Shown: positions 33,950 to 44,951 of the stretch, one piece after another
How the letters are laid out: the number at the start of each line of letters is the position of its first letter
Numbering within the stretch: position 1 is the first letter of the stretch
IMG/VR virus record: IMGVR_UViG_3300038679_000217
Coordinates: 1-46,628 of that record
Source: a virus
Lineage: Duplodnaviria; Caudoviricetes
Strand: one strand, 5' to 3'
DNA: 46,628 nt
Program-made: the position numbers and the translations under genes
The notes under the pieces: generated by a model
What the model was told of the DNA's origin: nothing
Database searches by the model: none
The model's input: only the letters and a program-made list of their open reading frames with translations

Positions 33950-36148
33950 TTATCGTCTCATTAAATCTATCTCACATTCGCTTATTCGGTCGTCCAGAAT
34001 ATTAAACCTGATTTCCCTGATCAGGTAATCGTGACCGAGTAACCGATACCATTTAAACCAATCGATCTGTGAAAGCTGTAAAGGAGATAACCAGGCTTTT
34101 ATGGTAAAATATCCCGGATTGGCCACCATCCATTCTACCCAGGCTTTATGGCGTTTCAGCCACAATCCGTATTCTCCTTCCCAGTGAAGGGATAGGTTTG
34201 CAGTATGATTTTTCTTATCAATCCTGACACCATAGTAATTATAGACATCATTGGTGCCTAACGGATATAAATTGTCCTGACTGTCGAACTCCATACCCCT
34301 GTAAAAAAGTAACGATCGGGCAAAATCTGCCTTGAAATAGTCCGGCAATCCGTCAAAATTACCGGCACGCATAGTTTTAGGAACAAGCCATCCACGAACA
34401 GCAGGAGAGGAAAGGCATGTATCCTGGTGACTTCCATGATTCATCATTACCGCACAAACATCGGTTGTAATATCAAGCAACGGATCCTCATTATTATCAC
34501 CCTTTAGTTCTGCAAAAAAGTTTTTGCTGTAAAACATCCAGTTTAAAATTCCGGCATCGGGGTCGTAATTGTAATACCAATACTCTTTCCAGAAACTTAT
34601 ATAATAACAGTCATTTATCTGATTCCCTGTGCTGGGAAGAAGATTCCAGATTGATACTACTCCTTTAAAAGTAAGACCAGAAAGGCTTTTGAAAGATTGG
34701 CTAAAATAGTCGTCTCCGGTAATGTTTTGCCTGAGGATGTAGCCATTATAAGCTGAGGCCTTTAATACAGGAATAGAAATAACGACTCCCGGGAATAAAA
34801 CAGCATTTCTATCGGAAATTATATCTTTCAAATATTTAAACTCAAGTGTTTTTGTATAGCTATTGTACTTTAGACCAATAGCAAACAATTTGCAAAGATT
34901 TGTCAGATAATCAGACAATAAATCATCTGATACATGATCGGCCAGGTTGAAACCTTCGCGGGGCTGGATAAGTTCACTGGTGATAAAGCTGTTTTCACCA
35001 AACAACTCAAAAATAACAAGCTGTCTCAGATCATCGTCTTCAAATACATTATTAATTACGTTGAGTCCAAGTTCGTTGAAAGCCTGTTTCATCACATAGG
35101 CAAGATAAGGAAAGGGAGAGTAAATGTTAAAGGCCGAGAATGTTTCGCCTTCGATTTCGCCCGACATACCAACCTGAAACCGGTTATCTTTATAGTAATT
35201 TAATATAGGGAAGTATTTCTCGTAAGTTTCCTTGATGGATACATGGTCAATACTAAAAGTATCATCCTCAAGTTTATCCATAAACTTTGAGTTTTCGACA
35301 GGAAACATCACGTAATCACTATCCGGATAAAGATAAACTGAAGTATAGAGCAATCCCTCCCATGAGTGGTAAACTCTTATTCTTGAGCCGGCCTGTAAGG
35401 TAAAATCGATAACAGGATCACCAACAAAATATAATTGCCACGATAATTCATCGCCAATGGTTACAGGAACATCATATAAAAATATTTGGAGCTGGTTGTT
35501 TTTTGAAAAATATGACGATGAAAACACTTCACCATTTTTCATTAATCTTATCTGAACATACTCTGACCTTTTGTGCAAATATTTAAAATCAAAAATAACA
35601 GTAACAACTGTACTCGATGCGCTTGTAAAGATTGTGCCTGCATTAAGTTCGCTTTCTGTATTTACAACGATATCATCAAAAAGCAACCACCTGATAACGG
35701 GATCAGGAGTGGTTGTTCCAAACAGCACTTCATCTTCCGACATTATAGAATCAACTCTCAAAATAAACGATTCTTCACCTCTCACGCCACCCAGGTCTAT
35801 CTCGTTGAGTTTTTTTGTTTTAAGATCAACAGCAAGATCGCCCGTTTCAATCGGAGCGCTGACTTCTATCGTTTTCTCATCCGCATTTTCAATTGTGCAG
35901 GTACCGCTGTATTTCAGCGGGCCATACTCAAGGTAAAACGGTTTTTTTTGTGGTTTGGCGCCAAAACGTGCCGGCCGGTGTATAAAACCGGTTTCTTTCT
36001 TCATAGCCGGGGTGTGCGGAAGGTTGAAATTAAAGATAAACGAACCGGGTATCCGGCCATTATCTAAAAATAACGGCGACCGCAAGGTAACCGGTATTTC
36101 AGTATCTCTTGTTTCGGCCCAGGTAGAGCCTATTTTTATTTTGAGCAT
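33950..36148 (-). CDS. Tail tip / baseplate hub-like protein
   Basis: 732 aa, last gene of tape-measure operon; GSFIFNFNLP.T N-terminus; function by position. Confidence 0.6.
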   Translation of the reverse strand: MLKIKIGSTWAETRDTEIPVTLRSPLFLDNGRIPGSFIFNFNLPHTPAMKKETGFIHRPARFGAKPQKKPFYLEYGPLKYSGTCTIENADEKTIEVSAPIETGDLAVDLKTKKLNEIDLGGVRGEESFILRVDSIMSEDEVLFGTTTPDPVIRWLLFDDIVVNTESELNAGTIFTSASSTVVTVIFDFKYLHKRSEYVQIRLMKNGEVFSSSYFSKNNQLQIFLYDVPVTIGDELSWQLYFVGDPVIDFTLQAGSRIRVYHSWEGLLYTSVYLYPDSDYVMFPVENSKFMDKLEDDTFSIDHVSIKETYEKYFPILNYYKDNRFQVGMSGEIEGETFSAFNIYSPFPYLAYVMKQAFNELGLNVINNVFEDDDLRQLVIFELFGENSFITSELIQPREGFNLADHVSDDLLSDYLTNLCKLFAIGLKYNSYTKTLEFKYLKDIISDRNAVLFPGVVISIPVLKASAYNGYILRQNITGDDYFSQSFKSLSGLTFKGVVSIWNLLPSTGNQINDCYYISFWKEYWYYNYDPDAGILNWMFYSKNFFAELKGDNNEDPLLDITTDVCAVMMNHGSHQDTCLSSPAVRGWLVPKTMRAGNFDGLPDYFKADFARSLLFYRGMEFDSQDNLYPLGTNDVYNYYGVRIDKKNHTANLSLHWEGEYGLWLKRHKAWVEWMVANPGYFTIKAWLSPLQLSQIDWFKWYRLLGHDYLIREIRFNILDDRISECEIDLMRR

Positions 36149-36155
36149 TGTGTTT

Positions 36156-38252
36156 TCAATTAAAGTTCCAACCTGAATTATTTCCCGAGTCAGTTGAGTT
36201 ATTGGCTATCCATGCGCTGTTAACATAGATACCCATTATTCGTTTAATACCGGCCTTTGCTATGCCGGCAGCTTTGTTGATTGAAGCCCATGTTTTGCTG
36301 AAGAATGTTTTAATCTTTGGTGTTCCGGTAACATTACTATAAGAAATATTGCAATAATTGACTATTATATCTGCATAGCCAGTGCAATGCAATTTGTGTT
36401 GATTTGCAACATCGCTCGTAATGATAATTGGTTTCGATTCTGAGCCATTTGCAATAAATTCTTTAAAACTTTGTTTTACAGTGGAAGTTGCCGCATAGTA
36501 TATTTTGATTTTTACTCCTGCGTTTAAAGTAATCCGATTGTAAACATGACTGAATCCATTATTTCTAAGCAAGCAAAATCCTGTACTTGTTCCACCAATA
36601 ATTAAATTATAGATCGTCTTTGAACTGTTCCCTAAGACAAATGAATAATCACTACTTCCTGTTTGATATATTTCAATGGTTGAAGTTCCTGCGTAAATTA
36701 TACCTGTAGCATAAAACGGTTGTCCTGTGTTCCCGGTAATTAAAATATAGCTATCTCTAAAGTATAGAGTTCCTGAATAATTTGCGATGGCACTTAATTC
36801 GACTTCTTTACTATCTGTATCAAATGTGCCATAGTAATTATATAATACTGTTGCTAAAAACTTTGACAAAAGAGTATAAGTGCCACCATACCCGTAATTG
36901 TATAAAGTCTTAATATTGACGCTTTTCAAGTCTAAATAATGTGTTCCATTGCCCCATAAATAAGCTTGATTACTTCCATAAGACATATAGGTTATTAAGG
37001 TGCTAAAATAAACTGATGAATAAAAATAGGGTGTACGATAAATAGAATCACCATTGATTGTAAGATTGAATCCAATGTCTGTAAAGGTAATGTGACCTAT
37101 TTGTGAATAATCTAAAGTAAGTACCGAGTTAGAAATTAGAGAATTACTGTCAAATATAATTGTATCATGTAGTAATGGAAAATAATTAGGTGTTCCGGTA
37201 CCGCCTGTTGCTGAAAACCACTTTGAAACATCTGACCAATTCCCTGAATTTCCATACCAATAGCACGTTTTCGGAGTTGTAAAGATTATATCTGAATTTC
37301 TACCCCCATCACCTGCACCACCTGTTATTGCGGATAAATCCCAATTGCCTGCGCCTGCACCTTTTATTCCGTAAAAGTCTGCATTCGCTACACTCACATT
37401 ATTAGCCGTAATGGTTACCCCTTCAGGAACAAAATTATTGTTTACTTTAACCAAAATCCTATTACTTGTGCCATTCGTTCCATTTATTACTAAATTATTC
37501 AAAACTGTTTGGTTTCCTCTTATGTTAACTATTGCATCCGCAAGTATTTCTGCTCCTGTTTCAATAGTTAAATTATAAAAAGTAAACGAACCATATATTT
37601 CTGTCGATCTATAAAGTCCTATGTATATAGTTCCGGTGTCGTAATTAAACGTAAATCCTGTTGCGCTACTAATGAAAAGCGTCCGAGTTTTAATTGTTCC
37701 TGACCCAAGTGTTATTGTTTTTGTTCCTACCCCAATGTATGTTGCTCCCAATGTTAAAATCTTGTTATTAACATCCAACTCACCATTATTTACCCATATC
37801 GCCCCAGAAGATATTCCACATATTTGACCATCATCTTGTATTGACCATTTACCGCCAACGCCATCAAAATAACATACACCTACATTTAAAACGCATCCAT
37901 TAAATGTTATTGTTTCATTTGTTGTTGCTTTAAAACTAATATACCTTTGACTTGACCAATTAATTGATAAATTAGGTGAAAGTATCAATGAACCATAAAT
38001 ATTTAATCTGACCTGATTGACAGTGTTATAAAAAATTGCACTTACTATTCCAGTCCAATCCATGTTTTTACAGTACGCATCTGCACTGATACTAACATTA
38101 AAATTTACTAAGGAAGAAGCCCCATTAAAATAAACATCATCCGCACTTGTAGGTAAAAACCCAGCTCCCGGCGCACCTCCCGAAGTATCACTCCAATGGT
38201 TTGCCGCATCTGACCAGTTCCCTGTACCTCCAACCCAATATCTTGCTGCCAT
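36156..38252 (-). CDS. Tail fibre / receptor-binding protein (beta-rich, AT-rich gene)
   Basis: RYWVGGTGNWSD..HWS..SGG..P...DDV.F repeated (YWYGNSGNWSD..W); C-terminal NSTDSGNNSGW. Confidence 0.7.
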   Translation of the reverse strand: MAARYWVGGTGNWSDAANHWSDTSGGAPGAGFLPTSADDVYFNGASSLVNFNVSISADAYCKNMDWTGIVSAIFYNTVNQVRLNIYGSLILSPNLSINWSSQRYISFKATTNETITFNGCVLNVGVCYFDGVGGKWSIQDDGQICGISSGAIWVNNGELDVNNKILTLGATYIGVGTKTITLGSGTIKTRTLFISSATGFTFNYDTGTIYIGLYRSTEIYGSFTFYNLTIETGAEILADAIVNIRGNQTVLNNLVINGTNGTSNRILVKVNNNFVPEGVTITANNVSVANADFYGIKGAGAGNWDLSAITGGAGDGGRNSDIIFTTPKTCYWYGNSGNWSDVSKWFSATGGTGTPNYFPLLHDTIIFDSNSLISNSVLTLDYSQIGHITFTDIGFNLTINGDSIYRTPYFYSSVYFSTLITYMSYGSNQAYLWGNGTHYLDLKSVNIKTLYNYGYGGTYTLLSKFLATVLYNYYGTFDTDSKEVELSAIANYSGTLYFRDSYILITGNTGQPFYATGIIYAGTSTIEIYQTGSSDYSFVLGNSSKTIYNLIIGGTSTGFCLLRNNGFSHVYNRITLNAGVKIKIYYAATSTVKQSFKEFIANGSESKPIIITSDVANQHKLHCTGYADIIVNYCNISYSNVTGTPKIKTFFSKTWASINKAAGIAKAGIKRIMGIYVNSAWIANNSTDSGNNSGWNFN

Positions 38253-38253
38253 A

Positions 38254-38934
38254 TTATAAAAGTTCTACCTGTGCCAATTCCGGTTTAAAGTATATATGGG
38301 TTGCACTGATTGCAATTCCAAGTATTTGAACAACATCATTTGACCCTGAAACAAGGGTCTGCGACATTGCCCCGGGGGCTGTGCTCAGATATACCGGTGC
38401 GCCAACAGTCAGCGAAGAATAACCGCTAATAATACCGATCAGCATAAAAAAGCCTACGGCATCAGCGGCAATTGTTGCAGTTGCAATGGCAAAAACAAAA
38501 GAGGTAGCCAGGGCATCGGCATCAGCTTTGTAAAGCTTTCCGGCCGACATATAGCAAACCTCTCCCTTTACAAGGTTTTCACCAGCGGTGAAGCTCACAT
38601 TCAAACCGCTGAATGTTAAAGTTGCAGCATTAAGTATCAGGCTATCGGCATCCACAAACTCAAGTCCGGACTCATCTGATTTGACTTTAGGAACTTTCCC
38701 CGCCTGACCGCTATAACTAGCAGGAGTATCTGTTAGCTCTATAAATGTATCGACGCCACCGGTACCACCACCACCTCCACCCATTGGCTCAATACTCTCA
38801 ACCCCTGCTTCAGTGCGCTTTCTAATATAGGCAATGCCATCTGCAATGTTGAGTCCGATGCTGCTAAAATCAAGCTGGTTAAGTGTTGGAACTTTGCCTT
38901 CTATTTCGCTCAGAAAAACTTTCCAATATTTCAT
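38254..38934 (-). CDS. Mosaic tail fibre-associated protein
   Basis: VPT..L....LN.ADG N-terminal anchor, poly-G linker, F.ELTDTPASYSGQAGK motif, C-terminal AGENL.KG..KADA..LGIA domain. Confidence 0.65.
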   Translation of the reverse strand: MKYWKVFLSEIEGKVPTLNQLDFSSIGLNIADGIAYIRKRTEAGVESIEPMGGGGGGTGGVDTFIELTDTPASYSGQAGKVPKVKSDESGLEFVDADSLILNAATLTFSGLNVSFTAGENLVKGEVCYMSAGKLYKADADALATSFVFAIATATIAADAVGFFMLIGIISGYSSLTVGAPVYLSTAPGAMSQTLVSGSNDVVQILGIAISATHIYFKPELAQVELL

Positions 38935-40127
38935 GTTCCGCTTTCGTAATAATAATTATTTACCCGTTCAAATTCAATCTGCAACGAAATCAAGGTGTCG
39001 TTATCCTTCTCAGGCACCATCGATTGTTTGGTAATAACCACCGGCATCAGGCCTAAGGTGGTAATTTCATAAACTTCCGGACTGTTGATCAGCTCGCTGA
39101 TGTATAACCGCTCGGCAGCGCTGAGCCATCCCGAGTTTACCTTCAGTTTTTCGTTAACATCGGTAAATATGGTCCGCTTCATGGCCAGGCCGTGAGCGGC
39201 ATTGTTCACATTTACCGATTCGTTGTCATGGTCGCGCTGCGCTTCGCCGGTGCCGGTCAACATAATAGTATCATAACCGCCAACCGAATTACGGAAGGCA
39301 AACTCCCGCTCAGCTTCATGCTGGTTGTTGTCGATTATAAAGGTGCGTGTTTCACTAACCGGTTCGTTCTCATCGGCCGTAACCGTTAGCGAGTATGACA
39401 TCACAGTTTTGCCTGGGAATTCAGCGGCAATATGAGCTGCAATGCCCAAAGCAGTATAACCGGCCGCGAATTCGTAAATAGCATATTGGTACCAGTCTTT
39501 TTCAGGTACGGTCGATCTTATCCAGTTGCCATCGGTTCCATCCGTAAACTCAAGGTGGATGCTTAGTTTGAGCTTTCCCTGGGTTATTGGATCATACCAC
39601 ATCATCCAGTAAAGTTTCCGGGTTTGAGCCCTGGTTACCTTCGCATTATCTGGCGCGAGGGTGAGAAACGGATGAACTGCTACAATCCAGTCCCAATAAC
39701 TAAAATGAGTGCTGTAAAAACTGTTACGGATCCATTTTGGAATCTGCCCGGGAACAACAAACCTGTCCTCAATATCTGTGTCATCATAAGTAGCCGGGAA
39801 TCCGCTGCCTTCCTTTATTTTGATACTGTATCGCATCGAATGGCTCTCAAGCAGCCTGGCAATATAAAGCTCAGGATATGAGAACCGGTCGCTCACGGGC
39901 ACCTGCTCACCAAATACCGAGCGCAGGTACTCGCTCAGGTCAGTTTCTGCCTGGCCTTCAAATGGCGGGTATAAGACATCAGTACCAATTGGCGCATCGC
40001 GGTTCCAGTACTTAGGTTCAACCAGCACATGAAGGTTTTCCACTTCATCGAGGTTGGTTTCAATGCCAAGTATTGCCGGGTTTTCGCTCAGGCAAACAAC
40101 AGGGGGCAGGTTTATAACAGTGATCAT
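38931..40127 (-). CDS. Tail protein (distal tail-like)
   Basis: Directly after tape measure; FRNSVGGYDT..TG, NSGWL, SPEVY motifs. Confidence 0.65.
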   Translation of the reverse strand: MITVINLPPVVCLSENPAILGIETNLDEVENLHVLVEPKYWNRDAPIGTDVLYPPFEGQAETDLSEYLRSVFGEQVPVSDRFSYPELYIARLLESHSMRYSIKIKEGSGFPATYDDTDIEDRFVVPGQIPKWIRNSFYSTHFSYWDWIVAVHPFLTLAPDNAKVTRAQTRKLYWMMWYDPITQGKLKLSIHLEFTDGTDGNWIRSTVPEKDWYQYAIYEFAAGYTALGIAAHIAAEFPGKTVMSYSLTVTADENEPVSETRTFIIDNNQHEAEREFAFRNSVGGYDTIMLTGTGEAQRDHDNESVNVNNAAHGLAMKRTIFTDVNEKLKVNSGWLSAAERLYISELINSPEVYEITTLGLMPVVITKQSMVPEKDNDTLISLQIEFERVNNYYYESGT

Positions 40128-43100
40128 AGTGTTGAATTGCTTTTAATTTTAGAAAGTTTATCCTGCGCATCTTCCAGGTCGTAGAGGAACCACTTGCCGC
40201 GGACACCCTTTTCAAGGTTATCGTTCAGTCTGTTTACGGCATTCAGAAAGGCCGGATCTGCACTTGCAATTTGCGATACATCCGAAAGGTTTCCTGTGGA
40301 CCGCTGTGGTACCCTGGCAGCGTAGATGGCTTCTATTATGCCCGGGTAGTTCATCATCAGGTTTTTAGTGGTTGATGCATCTACAATCAGCTCAGCACCT
40401 TGCTCAGCCACCAGCGATGGTTTGCTATAGATTCTGGTTTCGGGTTTGCCGGTCCAGTCGGCCTGATAACGCCGCCCATCTTCTGCGCCTATAACATCGT
40501 ATTTACCTTTGGCGAATTGTGGAACTTTTTGTGCGGCAATCACTGCTGTTTGAGCAGCACTTGCTATTCCGGCGGATATTACAAAAGGAGCATTTAGAGG
40601 CCAGCCCGGAGGAGCTGCCAATGCCCTGGTAACTGCGAGAGCACCATTTATTAACGCCTGCACGATATCAGCTGCTTTTTGCTTTTTAAACTGATCTTCT
40701 TTTAGTTTTGCTTCTTTTGCAGCATATTTTACGCGGATAGCCTCTTTTTGCTCTTCTGTCAGGTTTTTGTTACTTAATTCAGCATCCCTCTGCTTGTTAA
40801 TTGAGTGCATTTCACGGTCAAACCTGGCAGATATATTGTTTTTATATATCTGAACACCGGCTGATGCTACCGTTTCTGCAATGGCAAGTCGCGCTTTTTC
40901 CCAATCCTCTTCAAGCTGTAGCTTTTCATTGGCAACTCTTTTTGCCGCTTCAATTTCAGCTTCACTACGGTTTAGTTGCGCCTGTAATGCTTCATCTCTA
41001 AGGCGCTCCTGTTCCTCAAACCACGCATCGCCTATCGATTTGGTATCGGCATAAAATTGTTTGGCACGTAAGGCATCCTCAGCCTGCTCTTCGAGTAATG
41101 CCGCCTGATCGTCGGTAAGATCTTCTAAGTATTTACTTACATTGCCACCCGATTTTATAATACCATCGATAACCGATTTCTGAGCCTCAAGTTGAGCCAG
41201 TGCAATACCTTTAGCCTGTGCTTTTACGTAATCGCCTGTGGTTACAAATGCTTCAAGCTCTTTTTTGGTTTTACCAATGGCTTCCCCAAGTTTCTCGTAG
41301 GCTGTTTTTGCTTCACCAGCACCAAGAATATTATCGTCCGTTGTAGTATTTAGCGCCTTGTTGGTAGCGATCAGCTTATCGTTAACCCGTTTGTAATCTT
41401 CTGAATCAATAACCAATCCACGTAGAGCCACACCATAAAGCCTGGCTTTTTCCTCAAGCTCAGCCTTTGTTTTCGATGCAAGTTTATCGGCATTTGCCTC
41501 AGCTTCCATAATCTCTTTCATGCTCATACTCTGGGTGCGAAGGTTTTTAATCGATTCTGAAAGATTGTTTATACCTTCATCAAATTCAGAAGCTGCCTCA
41601 GCGCCGTTTTCTGCTGCCTTAATTACAAGAATAGAGGAAGCCACTGCAGGGCTGACCCCATAAGCAAGCATTGCTTTAAACTTATCCCATAAACCTACTC
41701 TTGTATTTTCCTGTCGGGTAAGTTCTTGTTTTGCTTTTGCATTTATAAGTTCAGCCTCAGCTTGTTTAAGAGTAGCCTCAGTCTCTTCAGCAAGTAATTG
41801 TATGCGTGTTCGGCTGAAAGTATTAAGCTTTGAAAAATTACTCTGTTGTGCATTGTATGAAGATGTAAGCGTATCATTTGCCACGGCTATCCCTTTGAGT
41901 CGTTCGGCTTTTACAGCTTCAAGCCTCATCGATTCGGCGTTATACTTATCATATAATTTAATAGCGGCTATTAATCCTGTTATACCAAGTATAACCATAC
42001 CAATAGGACCACCTATCAGAGCCATGGCGTTACGCAAGGTAACCGAAGCCACGGCCGCAGCTTTCTGGGCAATGGTGGTTTTGCCGATCATGGCAGCATG
42101 CATTTCCTCTTTTATAATCATTGCCTGCAGGAGAATGGCATCTTTTATCCGAAGCCCGATACCAGCCTGCAGGGTAACGTGCTGCATTATGGTTGTAGCA
42201 ATCGATTTAAGCTGAGCCGCCCTCCAGGCCAGTAATGCACCGGCGAGGCTGATAATAAGAATCTGGTTTTCGCGTATAAACTGCGGAGCTGCAACCAAGG
42301 CTTTTATAAGGTAGGTTAAGCTGTTGGTTGAGAATGCAAAAGCAGGTGCAAGTTTTTCGCCCATTATAAGAGCTTGTTCCTGGAATGCTTTTCTTGCTTT
42401 TTCAATCTGTGCCGCCTGGTTGTTGTTTTTAATATTGTATTCATCTGTTATGGAAGTACCCTCTATCATAGCGCGGTTGGCAATTTCCTGGGCTACATTA
42501 ACCTTATCGATGCTGCCGGCGAGGCTGCTGAGCACACCAACCGCCCTTGCGCCCTCTAATCCCATTTCGTTAAACATAGGAATAAGATCCTGAAAACCGC
42601 CCTTTTCATTCATGGCAGAAAGCACCTGCTTTATGGCTGCATTGGCATCAGTTGATAGAAGTTTTGTAAACGAGTTGACTTCAAGTCCGGCAATTTTGGC
42701 AAATTTCGCAGGATCCCCCATTATTTTCATAATGAAGTTTTGAATAGCTGTAGCCGACATTTCAACCGCTTGCATATCCTGATCAAGTGCAGATCCAAAA
42801 CCAAGAATAGCGCTCATGCTTATTCCTGCCTGTTTGGCTATTCCACCAAGGCGGCCGGCAAATGAAACAAGAAACGGCTCACTTGCTGTTGAACTGGCTC
42901 CCAGTTGGTTCACTGCAGAACCTACCGAAAGCATTTGTTCTTTAAGATTAAGGTTTTGTAATTCGGAGCTGGCGTCTTTATAAACACCAACCATTTTGCC
43001 GATATTTTTAATCGCATCATCACCAAGGTCTTCGCCCAATGCCACATTAATCTGATTACCGGCATCAACAAAATCAAGGATATCCTTTCTACCGTTTATT

Positions 43101-43738
43101 CCAAGTTTACCAGCATCACGGGCAAGCATATTCAAACTTTCACGGCTCGTTCGGGTATCAATTTTTTTAAATTCATCATTAAGCTCTACTACAGCATCAC
43201 GAACCATCCCGGTTGTTTTCATAACATCTGAATAAACATCATCCAGATGGGCAACATCTTCGCGCAGTTTTTTAAAACCGAGGACTACACCTGCAATTGA
43301 TGCTGCAAAAGCTGTAGTCATTGCAAAATACCGGTTAAATCCATCGGCCATGCCTTTGATTGAAAATCCGGTCTCCTGTGCCTTCCCCTTCAGTTCGCCA
43401 ATTCGTCCACTGATGGCAGTTACTTCAGCCTTCAGTTTTTTATATTCCTCAGTTCCCGGGCGCAGGTGCATAAGAACGCCATTAAGTTCGCTCTGCCGCC
43501 TGGTAAGCTCCTTCATGGTCATATTTGTAATGCCGATCGATTGATAAATCGCGTCCTGCTGAACCTTTATAGCTTTCAAACGGGCCGATTTCTGGGCATA
43601 CTCCTCGGTACCTTCTTTCAGCTTCCTCATTTCTTTGGTCAGAAGCCTGGCTTCATCATCCAAAGCTCTCAGCGATTTGCGGGCCTGATCATTGTTGATC
43701 ACGATCTCAAGTTGAACCCTGTCTATCTTTAAACTCAT
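40124..43738 (-). CDS. Tail tape measure protein
   Basis: 1204 aa helical, Ala/Gly-rich, DVMKTTG..AGKLG..ALGEDLG core, central hydrophobic segments. Confidence 0.92.
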   Translation of the reverse strand: MSLKIDRVQLEIVINNDQARKSLRALDDEARLLTKEMRKLKEGTEEYAQKSARLKAIKVQQDAIYQSIGITNMTMKELTRRQSELNGVLMHLRPGTEEYKKLKAEVTAISGRIGELKGKAQETGFSIKGMADGFNRYFAMTTAFAASIAGVVLGFKKLREDVAHLDDVYSDVMKTTGMVRDAVVELNDEFKKIDTRTSRESLNMLARDAGKLGINGRKDILDFVDAGNQINVALGEDLGDDAIKNIGKMVGVYKDASSELQNLNLKEQMLSVGSAVNQLGASSTASEPFLVSFAGRLGGIAKQAGISMSAILGFGSALDQDMQAVEMSATAIQNFIMKIMGDPAKFAKIAGLEVNSFTKLLSTDANAAIKQVLSAMNEKGGFQDLIPMFNEMGLEGARAVGVLSSLAGSIDKVNVAQEIANRAMIEGTSITDEYNIKNNNQAAQIEKARKAFQEQALIMGEKLAPAFAFSTNSLTYLIKALVAAPQFIRENQILIISLAGALLAWRAAQLKSIATTIMQHVTLQAGIGLRIKDAILLQAMIIKEEMHAAMIGKTTIAQKAAAVASVTLRNAMALIGGPIGMVILGITGLIAAIKLYDKYNAESMRLEAVKAERLKGIAVANDTLTSSYNAQQSNFSKLNTFSRTRIQLLAEETEATLKQAEAELINAKAKQELTRQENTRVGLWDKFKAMLAYGVSPAVASSILVIKAAENGAEAASEFDEGINNLSESIKNLRTQSMSMKEIMEAEANADKLASKTKAELEEKARLYGVALRGLVIDSEDYKRVNDKLIATNKALNTTTDDNILGAGEAKTAYEKLGEAIGKTKKELEAFVTTGDYVKAQAKGIALAQLEAQKSVIDGIIKSGGNVSKYLEDLTDDQAALLEEQAEDALRAKQFYADTKSIGDAWFEEQERLRDEALQAQLNRSEAEIEAAKRVANEKLQLEEDWEKARLAIAETVASAGVQIYKNNISARFDREMHSINKQRDAELSNKNLTEEQKEAIRVKYAAKEAKLKEDQFKKQKAADIVQALINGALAVTRALAAPPGWPLNAPFVISAGIASAAQTAVIAAQKVPQFAKGKYDVIGAEDGRRYQADWTGKPETRIYSKPSLVAEQGAELIVDASTTKNLMMNYPGIIEAIYAARVPQRSTGNLSDVSQIASADPAFLNAVNRLNDNLEKGVRGKWFLYDLEDAQDKLSKIKSNSTL

Positions 43739-44199
43739 GATGCCTGTCGTTTTTGTAAAATATTGGTAAGCCGTGCGCGTTCCTCTTCAGTAAACTCATA
43801 CATCAGTATCCCGATCAGCCGGTTAAGCGATCCGTAAACATTCTTAGAATACCATCGAGTATCCTTTTTCTTTTTCCTGGTAAGTTTTTTTGTATTTGAC
43901 CGGCCCCACAAAGCTTTGTTGGCGCTATCCTGATCGAGCAGCGAAGTATTCTTGCTTCGTTTATGGTAGTTTATTTCTATAAACCGCCCGTAAGCCGGAA
44001 AATTAATCACCAGCGCAGGGTTTATGCCGAATTTAGTGGTATCATAAGATATACTCTCGATCAGGTGATCCTTATCTTCCTGGCTTATCAGCTTTTTGCT
44101 TTCAATGGCATCAACCAATAAATCAGTAAGGTACTCGCCATGCTGATCGAGTACCTCGGCAATAAAAGTAAGTTCCAATTCTGAGAATCGCCCTTCCAT
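43735..44199 (-). CDS. Putative neck/tail-completion protein
   Basis: L.ESI, F..YGRFIE, WYSK..YG motifs; first gene after late promoter 6. Confidence 0.6.
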   Translation of the reverse strand: MEGRFSELELTFIAEVLDQHGEYLTDLLVDAIESKKLISQEDKDHLIESISYDTTKFGINPALVINFPAYGRFIEINYHKRSKNTSLLDQDSANKALWGRSNTKKLTRKKKKDTRWYSKNVYGSLNRLIGILMYEFTEEERARLTNILQKRQAS

Positions 44200-44203
44200 A
44201 CAG

Positions 44204-44239
44204 CAATTTTACAACCGGGCAGCTGGCTGCGAAAGGACA
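44204..44239 (-). promoter_or_regulatory. Putative phage late promoter copy 6
   Basis: TGTCCTTT-N20-TAAAATTG-CTGT-ATG. Confidence 0.75.
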
Positions 44240-44240
44240 T

Positions 44241-44266
44241 AAAAAAGCCCCGCAGGTGGCAGGGCT
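44241..44266 (-). terminator. Terminator
   Basis: AGCCCTGC-cacct-GCGGGGCT followed by T run. Confidence 0.7.
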
Positions 44267-44288
44267 GTGGAAGCTCGAAAGTCAATAG

Positions 44289-44915
44289 TTATTTATAATT
44301 AATTGGCACAGCCAGCCCAACACCTGAATCAGTAATGTTAAACGAAAAACCATCACTTATCCGCATAATTTCGCCAGCCTTTCTGGCATGGCTGAAGCTT
44401 GTTAAGTAAACCACAAATCCAACCAAAGAGATACCAGCTCCAATTATGGCGACATTTCTTTGTTTTTTCTCGAATTTCTTGTAGTCTTCCAGGTTATCAT
44501 TGGTCATGGTATATGGCAAAATAGAAACAAGAGATCCTGCCATGGTTAAAAATATACCGATTTGCGCCTGGTCGGCAAATTTCATAAAATGTAAACCGGC
44601 CTTACCTGTACTGGAACTACCAGGCAATGCTAAATCAGTTTCAACATCAGTTTTCTTCTCAGCAAACACTGGTGCTTTTTGAGGCATGCCCTTGTTTACT
44701 TCACCATCAAACTGATACGAACCAACCTTCGATAATTCAATAGTTGTTTTCTTAACTAAATGCTTATCCATATAAGTAATTGATTTTGAAACCGTATCAA
44801 TGGAAATAATTTTACAGCTGATAACGGTTCCATCCTTTAGATTAATTACATCCATTTGCGCCGAGGTAAATAAAGCCATAAAGGCAATCATTAACACTAA
44901 CAACATTTTTTTCAT
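44289..44915 (-). CDS. Exported membrane protein (moron-like)
   Basis: Signal peptide, D.I.LKDG..I.CKI N-domain, two hydrophobic helices; TAGATTTG -7 box at 44943-50; terminators on both sides. Confidence 0.75.
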   Translation of the reverse strand: MKKMLLVLMIAFMALFTSAQMDVINLKDGTVISCKIISIDTVSKSITYMDKHLVKKTTIELSKVGSYQFDGEVNKGMPQKAPVFAEKKTDVETDLALPGSSSTGKAGLHFMKFADQAQIGIFLTMAGSLVSILPYTMTNDNLEDYKKFEKKQRNVAIIGAGISLVGFVVYLTSFSHARKAGEIMRISDGFSFNITDSGVGLAVPINYK

Positions 44916-44951
44916 AATCTATAGTTTAATTGGTTTATCCATCAAATCTAC

